A stretch of 59,971 nt of DNA from a virus (IMGVR_UViG_3300025769_000114:1-59971), one strand, 5' to 3'; counted from the stretch's first letter, positions 27,361 through 37,028 are shown. Program-made: numbers and translations. Notes: generated by a model not told the origin, from the sequence alone.

Positions 27361-27785
27361 CTTGGCGTTGGGATCTTAAACCCCATCTCCGCTGCGGTAT
27401 TGATCAGGTTATCTATTAACCGTGCATATGTTGTTACGCTGGTTTCACCACTACGCTTCACAGCCCTGCGTCTAGGCCCAAACCGAGTCTGCACCTCTTC
27501 ACTGCCGAATGTTATGCACAGCATCTCCTCATGCATCTCATCGGGTGTCATGCCGCAGTGATCTGCAAAGCTGTTACACCATTTGCGGTAATAGCTTTCT
27601 TGATTCCTGCTCCTGCTCTTTTGCACAGGCTTAAGCTCAATCACCAAGCCCTTCTTGCACTTCAAGAACAACTCCATGATCTCAGTGCTGCGGTTGGGAA
27701 CTAGGGCGCATATCGGCCCCAGTATCTCCCCAACACCAGCGCCTTTAATATCAAGACGCATCGACCAAGAACCCTTCATCGTCAA
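27357..27785 (-). CDS. NinB/Orf-like recombination protein
   Basis: RSRNQESYY..W...ADHCG.TPDEMHE motif. Confidence 0.6.
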   Translation of the reverse strand: MTMKGSWSMRLDIKGAGVGEILGPICALVPNRSTEIMELFLKCKKGLVIELKPVQKSRSRNQESYYRKWCNSFADHCGMTPDEMHEEMLCITFGSEEVQTRFGPRRRAVKRSGETSVTTYARLIDNLINTAAEMGFKIPTPR

Positions 27786-28038
27786 CTACAGGCGCTATAA
27801 CATCCTTGTGCGCTTCCACAAGCTTATCTATTACCTCCTCAACACGATCTAAGGCCTCAGCTAGATCCTCGGCGTTACTTTCACGAACCAGAGTCTCACC
27901 AAGGTGCAATAGTGCCGCCCTATAATTGGGATGGTAGGTTTTAGACCTCCACTTGCCGCCCATGAACGACTGCACTATCCAGTTCAAAGGATCAGAAATG
28001 ATCCTAGTTTCTTCATCAATCTTTACCACTATTGGCAT
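27751..28038 (-). CDS. Hypothetical protein
   Basis: AGGAG SD; ISDPLNWIVQ. Confidence 0.65.
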   Translation of the reverse strand: MPIVVKIDEETRIISDPLNWIVQSFMGGKWRSKTYHPNYRAALLHLGETLVRESNAEDLAEALDRVEEVIDKLVEAHKDVIAPVVDDEGFLVDAS

Positions 28039-28048
28039 CGTTTACTCC

Positions 28049-28363
28049 TTAAAACGGTATGTCTTCGTCAAAATCAATCGGATCAGCCTGTTGCTGCGGA
28101 GCCTCTTCCTTGGGCGCTTTGTAGACCTCAGTACCGAGCCACTTGTACTCGGAGCCAGTCTGCTTCGCCACTCGGTTCCACATGCCCACATCAATCTTCA
28201 TCTTAAAATCAGGATCTGGACTCGCCTGATTCTCCTTGTACATTTCCAAGAGAAGCTTTAACTGCTCTGGGGTGATGTAGATGTGCCCCCGAAAGTCTGG
28301 GTGCTTTTCGTTCTTTTTGTTGTGAGGCCACAAACCGCCTTCGCCTTTTGGATAACTAGCCAT
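28049..28363 (-). CDS. Single-stranded DNA-binding protein
   Basis: KKNEKHPDFRG N-terminal motif, acidic DEDIPF tail, next to Sak. Confidence 0.75.
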   Translation of the reverse strand: MASYPKGEGGLWPHNKKNEKHPDFRGHIYITPEQLKLLLEMYKENQASPDPDFKMKIDVGMWNRVAKQTGSEYKWLGTEVYKAPKEEAPQQQADPIDFDEDIPF

Positions 28364-29084
28364 TAGCTTTTTCCTTGCTGTTAAGTTCGTCCTGCTTCGC
28401 CTTCATAGCAGCCGCAAGTCTGTCGTAGGATTTAGGGAACTTGGATTGAATGTGGTCAACGGCTTTTTTGTTTGCCTCCCACATGCTACGCAGCCCCTTC
28501 TTAGTTTCGACCATGCCCTCAACTGTTGAGATCATCATGTCTACCCAGCCATCCGCTTGCTCAGCATTGAAGGCAAGATAAAACTCTTCTTCTTCTGCAT
28601 CACCAGCGTCTGCCTTTGGTTCTGGTTTCTTTTTGGGCGGCTGCTTGGCCTTAGGCTTTTGTTCAGCCACAGGTTGTTCAGCCTCAGTGTCATCCCATGT
28701 ATCTTCCGGCTGCACCTGACCTTGGAAGATGTGAAAGCCAAGTCCGAACATAGCAATCGTCTTAACTAGACAGCGCATTTTGGTGTCGCTGATATCACGG
28801 GCGCTAGGGTTAGGGATGGCTTGGTTTTTGTAGTTCATCACAGGCAACCACATATGACGGGCGTGGCCTTCGATAGCTACTGTGCAGTGAATAGTTTGCG
28901 ATCCGTCACCGTGGATCTCAATCTCGCCAAACTCGTAGTGGGCCGTGGGGTAATGCATCATCAACAACCGCCATGCCTCATTCCAAGGTAGGTACGTTAG
29001 TCCGTTCTTTTGCTTGGCGGACTCACCACATTTAACTGGGTAAAGGGTATCCCAGATATCGCGTAGCGATACGTTAGTTTCCAT
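28356..29084 (-). CDS. sak: Sak/Rad52-like ssDNA annealing protein
   Basis: KNGLTYLPW..AW...MWLPVMNYKNQAI...MRCLVK.IAMFGLG..I. Confidence 0.85.
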   Translation of the reverse strand: METNVSLRDIWDTLYPVKCGESAKQKNGLTYLPWNEAWRLLMMHYPTAHYEFGEIEIHGDGSQTIHCTVAIEGHARHMWLPVMNYKNQAIPNPSARDISDTKMRCLVKTIAMFGLGFHIFQGQVQPEDTWDDTEAEQPVAEQKPKAKQPPKKKPEPKADAGDAEEEEFYLAFNAEQADGWVDMMISTVEGMVETKKGLRSMWEANKKAVDHIQSKFPKSYDRLAAAMKAKQDELNSKEKANG

Positions 29085-29103
29085 ATTGCACTCCTGCTAT
29101 GGG

Positions 29104-29388
29104 TTAGTTTTGAGAACTGAATGGGTCTTTTTTGAACCCCGTAAATTTGTTTCGGTAATACTTCTTTGGGACGCTATAGAACTCTTCTAGAGCGGCCTCA
29201 ATCAGCATTGCTATTTCAATCGGCTCCAGCGCGTAAAACTGCGCCATCGGAAAGCCTGTTATGAAGCCCTTGGCCCAAGTGAACGAGGCTTGCCCGTTGT
29301 TGGTGGACATCTTCAGTGCTGGTATCTGCGTTATCTGGAACACAGCGACCATCTTTTCATAGGTTTCTTTGTCAGTCCCGATCATCAT
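29104..29388 (-). CDS. Hypothetical protein
   Basis: GGAGG SD; fits the operon. Confidence 0.6.
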   Translation of the reverse strand: MMIGTDKETYEKMVAVFQITQIPALKMSTNNGQASFTWAKGFITGFPMAQFYALEPIEIAMLIEAALEEFYSVPKKYYRNKFTGFKKDPFSSQN

Positions 29389-29602
29389 CTTCCTCCACTA
29401 ATCTGGGCTTTTTGTGCAAAAACGTCTCGCACCAATGCATGATTTCATACACAGCTTCAGTCACTAGCTCTGGCTCAATCGGCTCAATCACAGTTGAAAG
29501 AGTTCCGGTTTCTGAGTCATAGCTGAAGTGCATGTGCAGCTCGCCTTTATCCGTTTCCACATCAAGTCTCCAGTTGATTTTGATCACACCACCTCGCAAC
29601 AC
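29372..29602 (-). CDS. Hypothetical protein (true start probably near 29560)
   Basis: Fills the operon gap. Confidence 0.5.
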   Translation of the reverse strand: MLRGGVIKINWRLDVETDKGELHMHFSYDSETGTLSTVIEPIEPELVTEAVYEIMHWCETFLHKKPRLVEEDDDRD

Positions 29603-30440
29603 GACACCAATCTTGAGCGCACCGAGTAGACTCGCCTACCCGCTCTTCGATCAAGTGGTCTTTGCCAAGTGATTTGATGTAGGCTTCGGCCTCATCCCTT
29701 GACGTTAGGACGCGCACAGCCCGTTTACGGCCTTTTTTATTCACAGCATAGGTGGTTGGCTTCTCCCAACGCTCGGCTCCTGTGCAGGGCGGTAACACGC
29801 CTCCAGTCATGTGGTCAAACTCAGCTTGTTGATGCAGCAGCACCCGATCCAGCATGTACTGGTCTGTCTCCTCGACGCTCCACATCGGTATCTCTACCAT
29901 ATGGATTGGCGAGTCTGGATAGTCTGGCTCCATCTGAGCTTTACGCCGCTGCCAATCACGCAGTATCGCTATAATCCTTAACCCTTTGACTGGTAAATCC
30001 TTAGCAGACCTCACAAGCCAAGCATATGCGTTAAGTTGATTGTGCCATTCGGTTTTGTCGTGAATGACAGACCAGACAGAAGTCACCTTGTAGTCACTTA
30101 CCAGTACGCCATCGTCGTGCAGTTCCTGCAAGTCAATCGCGCCACTGATCGTCCAACCCTCCACCTCAGCATACAGCCGCTCCTCTGATACAACGCCCAC
30201 AGCAGTGGTGTCCTCGACAGCCTTCTCAAACATGCCGTGAACACTAGTGCCGAAGCGTGACCAGAGAAAATCGACCACATCCTGAGACATCTCGTCTTCA
30301 TGCTCGCGCTGCAAAATGGCTACCCTTGGGCTGTCTATCAACTGAGTCACTGACCTGTTGGACTTGCCTTTTGTGTAATCATCCTGCGTTAAAGCGTTTA
30401 CAACGATCTGCGGAAGGTTGAAATGATTCGTTATCTTCAC
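29562..30440 (-). CDS. PD-(D/E)XK exonuclease (Cas4/RecB-like)
   Basis: GTSVH, SGAID...DYK, QLNAY, C-terminal Cys cluster. Confidence 0.85.
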   Translation of the reverse strand: MKITNHFNLPQIVVNALTQDDYTKGKSNRSVTQLIDSPRVAILQREHEDEMSQDVVDFLWSRFGTSVHGMFEKAVEDTTAVGVVSEERLYAEVEGWTISGAIDLQELHDDGVLVSDYKVTSVWSVIHDKTEWHNQLNAYAWLVRSAKDLPVKGLRIIAILRDWQRRKAQMEPDYPDSPIHMVEIPMWSVEETDQYMLDRVLLHQQAEFDHMTGGVLPPCTGAERWEKPTTYAVNKKGRKRAVRVLTSRDEAEAYIKSLGKDHLIEERVGESTRCAQDWCRVARWCDQNQLET

Positions 30441-30443
30441 TGG

Positions 30444-30725
30444 CTACTCAGCGTATTCGCACATGCTGATTCTGGAGTAGCCGCCCTTCTCTTCCTTACA
30501 GTTTTTCACCTTGTAAGAGATGGAAGCTTCCTTTGGCACGGTTTTGCGAAACTGAACCGCATAATTGTGAACACAGCGCACTACACTTGCCTTGCCCAGA
30601 CCTTCGTAGTCGTAAGGCACATCAAAATGCTGACCATGTTTTAGTTGCTTAATTGTTTCCATAAACTCAACCCGAAGCATGTACTCCTTCGATAGCGGTT
30701 TAGGCGCTTCTTCAATTTTGAACAT
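30444..30725 (-). CDS. Small putative DNA-binding protein
   Basis: AGGAG SD before MFKIEEAPKP; resembles the upstream neighbour. Confidence 0.55.
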   Translation of the reverse strand: MFKIEEAPKPLSKEYMLRVEFMETIKQLKHGQHFDVPYDYEGLGKASVVRCVHNYAVQFRKTVPKEASISYKVKNCKEEKGGYSRISMCEYAE

Positions 30726-30747
30726 ATTGCACTCCTGCGTTTGTTCA

Positions 30748-31065
30748 TTAGGCGACTCGGTACACCCTGAGTCCACTTCGCCCTGAGTGGGGGTCTTCGT
30801 ATTTCCTGACAGAAAATTTCGTATCCATCGAAACATGAGAGCTTTCATCCTGTTGCAGTCTGCGTATTGCTGATCTGATTGCGTTGGTCTTTGCCTTGCG
30901 GTGATTTTCGTTATCAGTCGCAATAAAGAATGATTGGTTAACCCTCATCTGGCTGATGATTTCTTTGAAGTTGCTGGGAAGACTTTCGCCCGTACCCATC
31001 CGGTTGTCTTTTGGTAAGGGGACATTGTCCTCCAATACCAACAAACTGTCGTTTTGAATTGTCAT
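30748..31065 (-). CDS. Small putative DNA-binding protein
   Basis: LEDNVPLP...MRVNQSFF...FSVR...GLRVYRV pattern; GGAG SD. Confidence 0.7.
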   Translation of the reverse strand: MTIQNDSLLVLEDNVPLPKDNRMGTGESLPSNFKEIISQMRVNQSFFIATDNENHRKAKTNAIRSAIRRLQQDESSHVSMDTKFSVRKYEDPHSGRSGLRVYRVA

Positions 31066-31154
31066 AAGTTATGACTCCAGTTTCCTCTAGTTCTTGTAAG
31101 AAATTTTTTAATTTAGCCATGAGTCCAACAAGTGTGTGTTAAAGTGAAAGCCGA

Positions 31155-31544
31155 ATGTATCAGGAACGCAATACGTTGACAACAGTAGACTTGAAAATAT
31201 ATGGTGAACCCGCGTCGAAAGCGAACAGCAGAAAGCTTGTGACAATACGCGGTAGACCAGCGTTTATCAAAAGCAAGAAAGCTAGAGACTATGTAGCTAT
31301 GTTTGACAAGCAGTGCCCCGTCTTACAGGAATTGTTGGAAGGGGATTTGTCGGTAACAATAACTATTTTTTACGCAACAAGAAGACCTGACCTAGATGAA
31401 AGTGTAATCTTAGATTGTATGCAAGATAAGATTTACAAAAACGATAGGCAGGTCAAAGAGAAGCATATTTTCTGGGGACTAGATCGTGATAACCCAAGAG
31501 CAGAAATTACGGTTACAGAGAAAAATGATCTTGCAGACAGTTAA
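31155..31544 (+). CDS. rusA: RusA-family Holliday junction resolvase
   Basis: GEPASKAN...RRPDLD...ILD.....IYKNDRQV...PRAEI. Confidence 0.85.
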   Translation: MYQERNTLTTVDLKIYGEPASKANSRKLVTIRGRPAFIKSKKARDYVAMFDKQCPVLQELLEGDLSVTITIFYATRRPDLDESVILDCMQDKIYKNDRQVKEKHIFWGLDRDNPRAEITVTEKNDLADS

Positions 31545-31758
31545 GGACTTAGACGGCAGCAGCGCCCGTGAGCGTATTGACGCCATCAAATTCTTTTACG
31601 ATGAAAAGCAAGCAGCAGGGATACGGGTAGAACACCCGCTTGAGTTGAGACGCAAGGCTCTTGATGCGGCGAGGCTTGATGGGGTGCAGAGAACAAGAGC
31701 CGTCAATGACTTAGTAGAAGAGATAGAGGAGGAATTCCTTAGGAATATGCCTACTTAG
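31486..31758 (+). CDS. Hypothetical protein (start may be ATG 31525)
   Basis: Fills the gap between RusA and primase. Confidence 0.5.
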   Translation: MITQEQKLRLQRKMILQTVKDLDGSSARERIDAIKFFYDEKQAAGIRVEHPLELRRKALDAARLDGVQRTRAVNDLVEEIEEEFLRNMPT

Positions 31759-31824
31759 GCATCTTCCTAATTATTTTTAAGGTAATTTCTAAGCTAAGCA
31801 TTTGCTTGGCTTGGCATATTCCTA
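31740..31824. repeat. Array 1 of 14-bp imperfect palindromes (TAGG-n-ATAT-n-CCTA)
   Basis: Copies at 31740, 31756, 31795, 31811. Confidence 0.75.
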
Positions 31825-31871
31825 AGACAACCTGACGGTTGATTTTAACCACAGCAAAAGCAGGAGTGCAA

Positions 31872-33629
31872 ATGCTAAATCGAGAAGACTTGGATTCAAT
31901 CCTAGTCCAGTACACCGAGGACACAAGAATTGTCTGCCCATCATGCGGCAGCAGCAGAAAGAAAAAAGGACAGAAAACTCTCAGCCTAACGATGGACGGT
32001 AACACCACGCTGTACTACTGCCACCATTGCGGGATAACAGGCAAGACCAAGCATCCTGACTACCGAGAGCCAGCGCCTAAGATCAGGGCAATATCTGTTC
32101 CCAAGACAACCAACAAAGAATTGATCAGCGAATATCTTTCGGGGCGGGGTATCAACCCAACACTGGCAGACAAGTATTCAGTGGTGAATGGTAAAAAATT
32201 CTTCCACGGCCACGGCGAACAAAGCGCCATCGGTTTTGTCTACGGCAACAAAGAAGCCGTGAAGTGGCGAAGCATAGAATCCAAAGCGTTCACTCAAGAC
32301 GGGGCGGCGAGAACCCTGTGGGGTGTTGAGCATATCTCGGACGATGCGACAGTCCTTGTGATTGTCGAGGGCGAAATGGATTTACTGGCGTGTGCCACAG
32401 CAGGGATCGACTACTGCGTTAGCGTTCCCAACGGCGCACCGATCAAAGTCTCAGATAAGAAGCCAAGCCCAGAGGAGGACAATAAGTTTTCTTATGTCTG
32501 GGCGGCAAAGGATTTGATTGAGCGGGTAGATAGAGTGGTCATTGCTGTTGATGGCGATGACGCTGGCGTTGCTCTTGCTGAAGAACTGGCGAGAAGAATC
32601 GGAAGGGCTAAGTGCTGGGCTGTTGACTGGCCTGATGAATGCAAAGATGCAAACGATGTTCTGCAAAAGCTTGGGCCAGAGGCGCTCGCTTCTGCGATAG
32701 ATCAGGCAGCGGCTATGCCGTTGGAGGGCGTTTATTCTGCGGATGACTATGCGCTAGACATTGCCAACCTCTACGACAAGGGACTGGTGGGCGGTCTGTC
32801 TACTGGGCTGGCGTCTGTGGATAAGCTGTTTACTGTGGTGCCGGGGCAATTGTCTGTGGTCACTGGTTTGCCGGGATCTGGCAAGTCAGAGTTTATTGAC
32901 CAGATAATGGTTAATCTAGCGCAGTCTGAGGGGTGGCGGTTTGCTGTTGCCAGCTTTGAGAATCCGCCTCCGCTGCACATTGCCAAGCTCAGCGAGAAGT
33001 ATGTGGGCAAGCCGTTCTTTGAAGGGATGCCTGACAGAATGAGCAGGGTTGAGTCGGTGTCTGCGATGAAATGGGTCAACGATCACTTCCTGTTCTTAGA
33101 GCAGCGCGGCGGCGAGGCTGCGACCATCGACAGTATCTTAGACCGAGCTAGGCAAGCTGTTATGAGACTAGGCATCAGAGGCTTAGTCATTGACCCGTAC
33201 AATTACATCTCACAAAGCAAGTCGGTGGATAACGAGCATCAGGGCATCAACGAAATGCTCACTCGGCTTGTTGCTTTTGCCAGAGCCAATCAGATACACA
33301 TTTGGTTTATTGCTCACCCAGCCAAAATGCCAACCAATCCTGACGGCACAACAGCAGTGCCAAAAGGAATGAACATCTCAGGCAGCGCAGCATTCTTTGC
33401 TAAGGCTGACTTGGGGATCACGGTACACCTCAGTCCTGAGAAGGCCAGCGAAATACATGTCTGGAAGGTTAGGTTCAAGTGGATTGGAGCAACGGGCGGC
33501 ACCGTCTTAGATTATGACATACCGACTGGGCGCTATAGCGAATTGAAGCTAGAGGACATGCCTGATCCATTTACCGCTAGGGTTCCAGACTGGCATGAGA
33601 CAGACGATGACTGGGACATTGAAACCTAA
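31872..33629 (+). CDS. Primase-helicase, T7 gp4/Twinkle-like
   Basis: CPSC..CHHC zinc finger, TOPRIM IVEGEMD and D.D..G, Walker A GLPGSGKS, VIDPYN, AHPAK; AGGAG SD before ATG 31872. Confidence 0.92.
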   Translation: MLNREDLDSILVQYTEDTRIVCPSCGSSRKKKGQKTLSLTMDGNTTLYYCHHCGITGKTKHPDYREPAPKIRAISVPKTTNKELISEYLSGRGINPTLADKYSVVNGKKFFHGHGEQSAIGFVYGNKEAVKWRSIESKAFTQDGAARTLWGVEHISDDATVLVIVEGEMDLLACATAGIDYCVSVPNGAPIKVSDKKPSPEEDNKFSYVWAAKDLIERVDRVVIAVDGDDAGVALAEELARRIGRAKCWAVDWPDECKDANDVLQKLGPEALASAIDQAAAMPLEGVYSADDYALDIANLYDKGLVGGLSTGLASVDKLFTVVPGQLSVVTGLPGSGKSEFIDQIMVNLAQSEGWRFAVASFENPPPLHIAKLSEKYVGKPFFEGMPDRMSRVESVSAMKWVNDHFLFLEQRGGEAATIDSILDRARQAVMRLGIRGLVIDPYNYISQSKSVDNEHQGINEMLTRLVAFARANQIHIWFIAHPAKMPTNPDGTTAVPKGMNISGSAAFFAKADLGITVHLSPEKASEIHVWKVRFKWIGATGGTVLDYDIPTGRYSELKLEDMPDPFTARVPDWHETDDDWDIET

Positions 33630-34041
33630 GCAGGTCAACGACATAGGAACGGCGGCACTACACCGCCGTCATGTCATCAGCTTGGAGCAAGCCGACAGTG
33701 GTGTTGGCCGCGCTCGCATCAATGACCAGATGTTTATTGACAAGTTATTACTTAAAAAAGCAATCACAATTCGGCACCACCAAGCGGCAGAGCGAATACT
33801 TTCGCAAGCTGTTCAGGCGGGTGTTTATCTGAAATCGCCAGACATGACCTCCACGTTTGGCGGCAGCGGTCACAGCAACCGTAACGACAGGCTGCTCATG
33901 CTCAGCAGAACCTTCCGAAAAATTACAAAAGAATTTGGGGAGCCAGCCGCCACCCTCACCTACCTGATGATAGTAGAAGACCAGCCCACCGACTCGCAGT
34001 CAGATATCGACACGCTTATATCAGTCCTAGAGTTTGTATAA
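33595..34041 (+). CDS. Hypothetical protein (possible late-transcription regulator)
   Basis: ORF overlapping the helicase end; function inferred only from position. Confidence 0.55.
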   Translation: MRQTMTGTLKPKQVNDIGTAALHRRHVISLEQADSGVGRARINDQMFIDKLLLKKAITIRHHQAAERILSQAVQAGVYLKSPDMTSTFGGSGHSNRNDRLLMLSRTFRKITKEFGEPAATLTYLMIVEDQPTDSQSDIDTLISVLEFV

Positions 34042-34358
34042 GAAAACCAACCTGTTGTCTTGAGTACCCACAGTCGCGTTGTTGGCATGTTTTGTCTGGG
34101 CAGCCGACCCCTCGAAAAATCCTCTGAAAGCCTTATGTTTATTGGGGTTACGATTACGCAAAAATGCGTAAATTTTTTATGGTTGGGTAAAAGGGTTTAC
34201 TGATTGGGTAGGGATGTAGGATTGCAGGACGCAAGCCTTATCTATTGACTGGTCAATAAAAGGGAAGGGGGGAACCCCTAACCAAGCGGGGGCGCTTGGC
34301 TGGGGTTATGAAAACGCAGGAGTCCGATAAGTAGAACGTAAAATGCTTTAGCGGTCAA

Positions 34359-34496
34359 CTACGGACATTCGGGACATAACAAGTACATACGGCCATCATC
34401 GTCCTGCTCTTCGTGCATCTCAGCACCGCAGTCATCGCAGATGTCGGCGTCGAACTCGTAAGGGTTATGGAAAGAACTATCGGGGCGCTCAATCAT
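34359..34496 (-). CDS. 45-aa zinc-ribbon peptide (absent from ORF track)
   Basis: CDDCG...CPEC; TGATG coupling. Confidence 0.55.
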   Translation of the reverse strand: MIERPDSSFHNPYEFDADICDDCGAEMHEEQDDDGRMYLLCPECP

Positions 34497-34729
34497 CAGT
34501 GAAGCTCCCCGTCTGGGCAGGTGCATTCCTCATCCTGCTTTACCAGAAAGTCGCAATAATCAGACGCTGCCTGTACACAAACCAGCGATGCCTCTTGCGG
34601 ACTGTCTACGCCATAAGCCGCCATGATGATGCCCATGATCACAGACATCTGCCACGGGCCTTCTATCTCGCTAGGCAGTGCCGACATGATTGATTGCTTC
34701 ACTTTTTCAAACTCTTCTTGTGAGTTCAT
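34496..34729 (-). CDS. Hypothetical protein
   Basis: GGAG SD; coupled. Confidence 0.65.
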   Translation of the reverse strand: MNSQEEFEKVKQSIMSALPSEIEGPWQMSVIMGIIMAAYGVDSPQEASLVCVQAASDYCDFLVKQDEECTCPDGELH

Positions 34730-34730
34730 A

Positions 34731-35129
34731 TTATCTCCCTGTGTTGATTTTGCTTAGCTCTTCTTTTGTTGCGGGGCGGTATCCCATTTCCTCTTCTGTA
34801 TAGAGGTCGAAAACAGAAGGTATGGAATCATCTGCGTTCCAGCAATCAAGGCAGCGGCCTTGTAAGGTGTGCTTAGGGTTGGCGTAATCAGATGGAATCC
34901 GCACCCCGCACTTTTTACATACAGGCACTTGCAAGACGCTATCCTCTTCAGCCTCATCAGTGCCTGAAACAAACCAAAACGGAACGAACAACAGCATCGT
35001 TGCCATCGGGAAAGATATTGCAGGGTATAGCCCAACGCCTTCGCGCATGTACTCAAACCCTAGAAACGCCATAGCTCCAGAGAGCGCAGCGCAAGACAAC
35101 GAAACCGACACCGTGATATATGGGTGCAT
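34731..35129 (-). CDS. Two-TM protein with zinc ribbon
   Basis: Two hydrophobic helices, CKKC...CLDC; GGAG SD. Confidence 0.65.
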   Translation of the reverse strand: MHPYITVSVSLSCAALSGAMAFLGFEYMREGVGLYPAISFPMATMLLFVPFWFVSGTDEAEEDSVLQVPVCKKCGVRIPSDYANPKHTLQGRCLDCWNADDSIPSVFDLYTEEEMGYRPATKEELSKINTGR

Positions 35130-35423
35130 GTCTATTCTCCAACAAATAATTAAATGAATGCCAAGGCTTTACTGGGACTTATTGGTTTGGCCCATGAGGT
35201 CGCATCTCTGTCGCTCACCACAGGTTGGTCTTCCCTGTGCGTGCCCTGCACCATACCCGTACCCATACCCGCGCATCGTGCAAGGTGACTCGCGGCGGTG
35301 GGTTTGCATTACTTCAATGTTCTATCTCCCGTAATGATGCGGATTGCATCGGAGTGCCTACCAAGGCAGACACTGCGCTGAAATCAGAGAGCAGTTTTGC
35401 ATCGTACTCAGGATGGTTCGCGG

Positions 35424-35672
35424 CTACTGCCGCTGTTGGAAGTTATGTACCAGCACCATCATGAACTGGCCGTTAGTGAGTTTGTATGGCAGATCTTTTT
35501 CGTACTCAGCTTTTGCCTCGCGAAACGCCGCTGCACATTCATCTTTCACTAACAGGCTGTGGCCTGTTTCATCGGCGTTCTTGGGTGGCCTACCGCGTCC
35601 ACGGCTCAAGGGCAGTTCACCCCTAGTGCCATCAGCATTTATTTTCACGTTCATATCTACGCTCTCCGTCAT
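35424..35672 (-). CDS. Small AT-hook-containing DNA-binding protein
   Basis: SRGRGRPPK. Confidence 0.55.
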   Translation of the reverse strand: MTESVDMNVKINADGTRGELPLSRGRGRPPKNADETGHSLLVKDECAAAFREAKAEYEKDLPYKLTNGQFMMVLVHNFQQRQ

Positions 35673-35683
35673 TTTGATGTTAA

Positions 35684-35697
35684 GGGGCCGAAGCCCC
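35684..35697 (-). terminator. GGGGC-UUCG-GCCCC hairpin (identical copy at 37942..37955)
   Basis: cUUCGg tetraloop directly after a stop codon; short U tract. Confidence 0.55.
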
Positions 35698-37028
35698 TAG
35701 GTTACTTTGATGATTTCACCAAAAGGCTCACAGCCTCGCCACATAGGGTCGCGGTCAGTGGTTGCCCAGAACACCGGATAGTCAGGCATGGTGAAGTCGT
35801 GCCGTGCATTAGGCCCAACCTCGCCCCAGCCATCGGTGAAGTAGATCATCGCGCATGGTTCGATATCGTTGCGCTCAACATAGTTGAACGGTGGATTGAA
35901 CTCAGTACCGCCGAACTCAGGAATCTTGAGCGTTAGCTCTTCATGCCTGTCGAACTCCTCGACACCGCACACTACATCGTGGCAGTAAATGACCACAGTC
36001 TTGATAGGCTGCACCTCGTCAATGATGTCCTGCACATGCCCAGCATTCATATCCAACTCTTCCTGAGTCATGGAGTAGCTGACATCCTGCACCACAACCA
36101 ACTCACCGTTAGGCTCGCGGTTTTGCGTGGGCAGTATCAAGCCTTGCGATAGCAGCCGACGATTGGGTCGAGCATAGGTATGCTCAGACAAAACGAACTG
36201 ATCAAACGCAGACTTGAGGTGCTGGTGCCAAGGCACCGGATCACCAGAGAATCCGCTGATGATCTGGTCAACACTCGCGCCTCGACCAGAGCCACTGTCG
36301 CGGATCTTCTCATGGGCCTTAGCAGCCTCAAACACTTGCGAAGCGATCTCGCGCTCAGCTTCAGCCTTAGCGGCCTCAGACATACCCTGCCCATCGTCAC
36401 CAGCAGCCTCCCATACCTCGCCCCAAGGCGCGTCAGGATCAGCAGGGCCATCACCAGCAGCGGAGCCACTGTCGCCCTCACCGTCGCCCTCAGCGCCGCC
36501 AGAGCTAGGCTGGTCGCCGTCTTGGGTGCCGTTGTCGCCAGCCTGTGCCTGACCTTCGCCATCGTCGCACTGCTCGCCCTCGCCTTCATCGTTGCTGGGC
36601 TGGTCACCCTCAGACTGAGGCTGTGGCTTGCTGATAATTGTGTAGATCTGCTCAGCAGACATACCAATGTAGTCGGTGCTGTAGAGGCCACCGAAAACAT
36701 CGAACCCGTCACGCACTAGCGCGTAGTTGATTGCGTAGTCGGCAGCTTCGTTCCACAGCTTGTGGTCACGGTTACCCTTGCGTAGGTGATGGAACCCATC
36801 AACGTGCATCACCTCGTGGGCAATCACGGTCATGATGAACCGCACACCGTGTTCCTTTTCCTGCCCGACAACCCACTGCTCATTGAAGTGGATAGCCTTG
36901 CCATCGGTTGCCATCGTCGCAGTCTTGGTGCTGGGGATCAGCTCCAGTTGATATGCGCGGAAGGCAAAGTAGGGGAAGGTTTTCAGAAGGCGCTTGCGCG
37001 CCTCTAGAATGATCTGCATAGCATCCAT
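35697..37028 (-). CDS. HExxH metallopeptidase plus vWA domain protein (DUF2201-like)
   Basis: TMATDG, AHEVMH, WNEAADYAIN, acidic Gly linker, MIDAS DVSYS, GGTEF, YFTDG. Confidence 0.88.
   Translation of the reverse strand: MDAMQIILEARKRLLKTFPYFAFRAYQLELIPSTKTATMATDGKAIHFNEQWVVGQEKEHGVRFIMTVIAHEVMHVDGFHHLRKGNRDHKLWNEAADYAINYALVRDGFDVFGGLYSTDYIGMSAEQIYTIISKPQPQSEGDQPSNDEGEGEQCDDGEGQAQAGDNGTQDGDQPSSGGAEGDGEGDSGSAAGDGPADPDAPWGEVWEAAGDDGQGMSEAAKAEAEREIASQVFEAAKAHEKIRDSGSGRGASVDQIISGFSGDPVPWHQHLKSAFDQFVLSEHTYARPNRRLLSQGLILPTQNREPNGELVVVQDVSYSMTQEELDMNAGHVQDIIDEVQPIKTVVIYCHDVVCGVEEFDRHEELTLKIPEFGGTEFNPPFNYVERNDIEPCAMIYFTDGWGEVGPNARHDFTMPDYPVFWATTDRDPMWRGCEPFGEIIKVT

Noticed and set aside
34490-34500. 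Third hammerhead core (CUGAUGA on the minus strand)
   Set aside because: No stems or GAAA/NUH follow; it is a TGATG stop-start overlap.
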